NCBI RefSeq assembly: GCF_904830955.1 | Contig: NZ_LR882970.1 | Length of the DNA stretch: 64,000 nt | Source: Planktothrix tepida | GTDB taxonomy: Bacteria; Cyanobacteriota; Cyanobacteriia; Cyanobacteriales; Microcoleaceae | Strand: one strand, 5' to 3' | Shown: positions 60,164 to 64,000 of the stretch, one piece after another | Layout: each line of letters starts with the position of its first letter | How positions within the stretch are numbered: the first letter of the stretch is position 1 | Notes under the pieces: model-generated | The model's database searches: none | What the model was told of the DNA's origin: nothing | Seen by the model: the letters and a program-made list of their open reading frames with translations, nothing else | Made by a program: the position numbers and the translations under genes

Positions 60164-60820
60164 ATGGGAATGGAATCAAAGTTGATTGTGGCTTCGGGAA
60201 TGATGAGATCAGGAAGCACTTGGTTATATAACGCGACTCGCCTTGTGCTTTCTAGTTCGCCTACCATTAAAAATAATTTAACTTGTGGATGGTCAGGAGA
60301 TTGGAAGTATAAAAAAATCCCAGAGAAAGAATATACACTGATCAAAATCCATGATTTTGTTCAATCCATTGCCGATCAAGCTACATTAATCGTATATTCC
60401 TATCGAGATATTCGAGATGCAATGGCGAGTAATTGGAGAGCATTTGGAGATTCCCCGACGGTTGAATTTGCGGATTATCTGATCCAAATGCACGAACAAT
60501 GGATTAATGTGGCAGATTTAGTTGTCCCTTACCACAGAATTTTGACTGGCAAGAATAGTATTATTGAAGAATTAGCTCAACTTTGCGCGGTGGGTTCTGT
60601 GAATGCGTCGGCTATTGTTGATGAAATTGATAATTTATCTTACGAAAGTGAAGGAGATAGAGATGAGGTTCACCACAAAACTAACCTCTTTCATAGTAAT
60701 CATATTACCGATGGCAGGAATGGTTATTGGGTGAATTATTTAGATCCAGATTTAGTTCAACAAATCGAGATGAAATATCGAGATTGGTTTGAAAAATACG
60801 GTTATGCTGCTTCAGAATAA
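60164..60820 (+). CDS. sulfotransferase family protein
   Basis: 5'-PSB-like MRSGSTW and 3'-PB-like SYRDIRDAMAS motifs. Confidence 0.55.
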   Translation: MGMESKLIVASGMMRSGSTWLYNATRLVLSSSPTIKNNLTCGWSGDWKYKKIPEKEYTLIKIHDFVQSIADQATLIVYSYRDIRDAMASNWRAFGDSPTVEFADYLIQMHEQWINVADLVVPYHRILTGKNSIIEELAQLCAVGSVNASAIVDEIDNLSYESEGDRDEVHHKTNLFHSNHITDGRNGYWVNYLDPDLVQQIEMKYRDWFEKYGYAASE

Positions 60821-60837
60821 AATTATCAATTACCTAG

Positions 60838-62166
60838 TCAAGATTCCTGTTGAGAATTTTGGTTAGGCAACCATCCCAATAAAGGCAGGGGAAGCAAAGT
60901 AGAAAGATTAGCAATAACGACCAAAATCCAGAGGTTTTCAAAATTTAGATTGCTAATTCCTAACCAGTGGGTGAGGAGTGCTCCCAACTCATAGGCAATC
61001 ATTCCCGATAAGCCGAAGGCGGACAACAAAAAAGCAAACAGAGTAGCCTCAATTCCCGGCGGACAGAGACGAGCAGACATCACAAACACAGGCATAAAGG
61101 CAATCTGACCCATCACCGTTAGCACAGCACTATCGCCCAAACTAAACCAGTGATCATTAATGCCTATTGCTCGGTTAGCATGGGTGACCAGGATCAAAGT
61201 CGTCATCCCCAGTAGGGAGGAAAGCACAATACTCCAACCCAAGATTTTACGAAAGGAAACGGCTTTGAGATAGCGTTGATAAATGCCAATCCCAAGCAAG
61301 GTTGCAAGGCTGGTTACCAATCGCACACGCCCCAGAAATTCCGGGCTAAAGCCTAACTCATTGGTGGTGAAATAGAAAAAGGCAGATTCCGTGTTGGGCG
61401 TTGCTTGCCAGATACAAATAAACAGGGTAGGAAGCAAGATGTATTTTTGGCGCAGGGTATTCCAAAGCAAGGTTACTTTTTGGTGGATGTTGCTAGGGTC
61501 AGTTCGATGGGGTTTGAGGTCTGATACGGATTTTTCCGCAATCAAACCCGCAACCCCCGACACGATTAAGGGAAAGAAAGCCGTAATCCCAAAAACCGTC
61601 TGGCTGGTAAAATTCTCCAGCAACCAACCACTTAAATAGGCCGTCAATAATCCTCCGATTCCTGAAACCGTCCACATCAACGATTGCATAGAGCCCGACT
61701 GGATTAAGGATTCTTTGCGGGCACGTTCTACGACAATGGAATCGATAATCACATCACTCATGGCGACCGACACAGAGGTTAAGAGGATGGCTAGGGTGGC
61801 TGTCCAGGTATCATGAACAACGGTGGCTAAGGCAATCCAGGCGAAGGTTCCTAATAATCCTGATACGATCAAATAAGGACGACGATGATACCCGGCAATG
61901 GGAAGACCATCGGAGAGAAATCCAAACAACGGTTTAACAATCCAGGGGACAGCAGCAATTCCCATCAAAGCGGCCATTTGAGATGGACTCAACCCTAAAT
62001 TGTCTTTTAGAAAAAAGTTGACAGCTAACTGTGCTAATCCTAATATCCCCTGGATAAAATAGACGGTGAGAATGGCAAATAATTCTGGTGTCGGTTCATG
62101 GTTAAAGAGGAGATATTTCTTCAGCTTCGGTTTCTGGGAATTTAACCAAGACGCGGTTAGGGTCAT
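60838..62166 (-). CDS. folate-biopterin transporter (BT1 family, MFS superfamily)
   Basis: PWIVKPLFGFLSDGLPI signature, 12 TM. Confidence 0.75.
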   Translation of the reverse strand: MTLTASWLNSQKPKLKKYLLFNHEPTPELFAILTVYFIQGILGLAQLAVNFFLKDNLGLSPSQMAALMGIAAVPWIVKPLFGFLSDGLPIAGYHRRPYLIVSGLLGTFAWIALATVVHDTWTATLAILLTSVSVAMSDVIIDSIVVERARKESLIQSGSMQSLMWTVSGIGGLLTAYLSGWLLENFTSQTVFGITAFFPLIVSGVAGLIAEKSVSDLKPHRTDPSNIHQKVTLLWNTLRQKYILLPTLFICIWQATPNTESAFFYFTTNELGFSPEFLGRVRLVTSLATLLGIGIYQRYLKAVSFRKILGWSIVLSSLLGMTTLILVTHANRAIGINDHWFSLGDSAVLTVMGQIAFMPVFVMSARLCPPGIEATLFAFLLSAFGLSGMIAYELGALLTHWLGISNLNFENLWILVVIANLSTLLPLPLLGWLPNQNSQQES

Positions 62167-62216
62167 GAATTAAGTTGTCTATAAATATCAACCTTGTTTA
62201 TTTTTAAGTCAGGTGA

Positions 62217-62633
62217 TTATTGCTTTTGATTGGCTGCTGCTGTTATCTGATTAATAATCTCTGAAAGGGGCCAATATCCCCAAGATTCTGTGATCTTTTG
62301 ATTTTCAATTTTAAAAATTTCTAACGCTTCAAATTCGACTTTTGCACCACCCGGAGGCAGATTGGCAAACTCACCCAAGTGTGTCCCGCTAAAGCGACCT
62401 CGAAACACAACTTGATTATTTTCTTCTATCAAATCATTAATAATCACCTGAAGATCGGGAAAGCTTTTATGAGTCAGCTTTAAGATCCCGATCACTTGCT
62501 CTAAACTCTTGACTTGGGGTAATCCATGATCGACATAGTGGGGAGAAAAGTAGCGATATACCGCTTCATAATCTTTATTATTATAGATTTCAAAAAAACC
62601 AGCAATAATTTCCTTATTGGTCAGCGTATCCAT
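62217..62633 (-). CDS. SnoaL-like / NTF2-fold protein (predicted ester cyclase family)
   Basis: 138 aa, FFEIYNNKDYEA...YVDHG pattern. Confidence 0.6.
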   Translation of the reverse strand: MDTLTNKEIIAGFFEIYNNKDYEAVYRYFSPHYVDHGLPQVKSLEQVIGILKLTHKSFPDLQVIINDLIEENNQVVFRGRFSGTHLGEFANLPPGGAKVEFEALEIFKIENQKITESWGYWPLSEIINQITAAANQKQ

Positions 62634-62850
62634 AGAATTTTAGTTTAACCTGAATCAATCCTACACAAAGGTTAATACAGGATCAAGTTGTCGTCAAGCA
62701 TTGATAAAAATCAAATTTTAGAGTATTTTATCTACTTAACTTTTAAGGTTAATTTAAGATTCCAGTGCAATATTCCTGATCACAGTTGACGTGTATCTAG
62801 CAGTCCGTGTAGGATTTATGAGCAACATGAGTGTTAACCACTGATGGATT

Positions 62851-64000
62851 ATGGACTCAAGCTTAAAACAAACAAAATTCTTTCAAGATCGATTAATTAT
62901 CTCTACGATTATCCTATCAGGATTATTTTGTCTTGTCCTTTTAGTCTATCATTTTCTGCTCGATAACTTTGCTGCACCCGGTCAATACCCATCATCAATT
63001 CCTGAGTGGAATGCAGATCGTTTAATGATGGCATTTTTTTGGAAATATAAATTCAATTTGTATTATCCAAAAGATCCTGTAGGGCCACTGATTAGTGATA
63101 TGTATGGGCCATTACTGGCTTTAGCGTATTTACCCGCAAGCCTAGTTAATTCTCCTACAGTTGCTCTGGTTTTAGGTAAATTAATGTCTTTAGTTTATTT
63201 TTTTACCCCCGTAATTTGGGTATATGGCGGTGAAACTTGGAAAAACAAAAAAGGATTTTATTTATCGATACTGGCTTTAATTGCTTTTATCTTTTTTACA
63301 ACTCAAATTAGAACCTTATCCTATGATGCGTTTAGAATTTGTGCTGATTGTCCCGCTTTAGGGTTTTCAGCCTTAGCTTGCGTCATCCTTTACAAAGAAA
63401 AAAACAAGCCTGAAATCCCCTTAAAAAAATTATTAATTAGTTCAATTCTAGCCGTTTTAGCGGTATTGACAAAACAAATTGCCGCCCCTATTTTGATTTC
63501 TTTACCTGTCTATCTATTTTTAGCCTATGATTTTAAGGTTTTCAAGCGGTATTTAGCTTGTTTAGCTCTGAGTGGAGTCGTCATTTCATCTGTCTTGTTA
63601 ATAGCATTTAATCCCCAAGCTTTATTGTTTAATCTGATTACAATTCCAGGGAATCAACCTTGGTTTGATGGAAATAATCAAACGATTACGCTGTTTTGGG
63701 ATAAATTATTAATGCTGTTATCCGCAGCCCAGCAATTAGCCGGATATTGTCTTTTACAAGGGATGATAGTCGGGTTTTGGATTTTAGGGACTCTCCCCAA
63801 TGACATTCAGAAAATAAAAACTTGGATTCAAGAAAATCCTTGGCTTTTATTTGTGATTGTTAGCTTATTTTTTATTCCTACATCCTTATTAGGAAGAGTC
63901 AAAGCTGGAGGAGATGCCAATGGAATGTACACTGTTTACTTTTTAACCTTGGTTGCTAACTTAGTCTTATTGGAACAAGCCACAAATTTATCTACAAAAT
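62851..64000 (+). CDS. polytopic membrane protein, 3'-partial (runs off window); possibly GT-C-type glycosyltransferase-like
   Basis: open frame from ATG 62851 to window end, >10 predicted TM helices; absent from ORF track because no stop. Confidence 0.45.
   Translation, partial: MDSSLKQTKFFQDRLIISTIILSGLFCLVLLVYHFLLDNFAAPGQYPSSIPEWNADRLMMAFFWKYKFNLYYPKDPVGPLISDMYGPLLALAYLPASLVNSPTVALVLGKLMSLVYFFTPVIWVYGGETWKNKKGFYLSILALIAFIFFTTQIRTLSYDAFRICADCPALGFSALACVILYKEKNKPEIPLKKLLISSILAVLAVLTKQIAAPILISLPVYLFLAYDFKVFKRYLACLALSGVVISSVLLIAFNPQALLFNLITIPGNQPWFDGNNQTITLFWDKLLMLLSAAQQLAGYCLLQGMIVGFWILGTLPNDIQKIKTWIQENPWLLFVIVSLFFIPTSLLGRVKAGGDANGMYTVYFLTLVANLVLLEQATNLSTK

Noticed and set aside
1-64000. tRNA/rRNA genes
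   Set aside because: No T-loop GTTCGAATC/GTTCAAATC-type signatures or rRNA-like conserved blocks were found by eye. This cannot be excluded without tRNAscan.

Overview
This is a cyanobacterial chromosomal segment: many GCGATCGC (HIP1) octamers, about 40% GC, and heptamer tandem-repeat arrays of the STRR kind seen in filamentous cyanobacteria. I support about 60 protein-coding genes. Housekeeping genes include gatB, pheA, a dnaK paralog with a J-protein, cynS and an egtD-like methyltransferase, plus several sensor histidine kinases. A cobalamin riboswitch sits ahead of hupE and a COG0523 (CobW-like) GTPase, which reads as a cobalt-uptake module. At 51.5-60.8 kb there is a glycan-modification island (DegT aminotransferase, methyltransferase, ABC exporter, AT-rich acyltransferase-3, GT1 glycosyltransferase, sulfotransferase). 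The most interesting locus is a co-oriented minus-strand operon at 35.4-42.3 kb. It encodes a vWA/TM protein, a 1075-aa protein carrying tubulin/FtsZ GTPase signature motifs and a SHOCT-like C-terminus, a MotA/ExbB-type proton-channel protein with a ~330-aa coiled-coil tail (ZorA-like), and a MotB/OmpA peptidoglycan-anchor protein (ZorB-like). This looks like an ion-driven membrane machine coupled to a tubulin-like GTPase and matches no canonical Zorya type. No tRNA, rRNA or CRISPR array was found.
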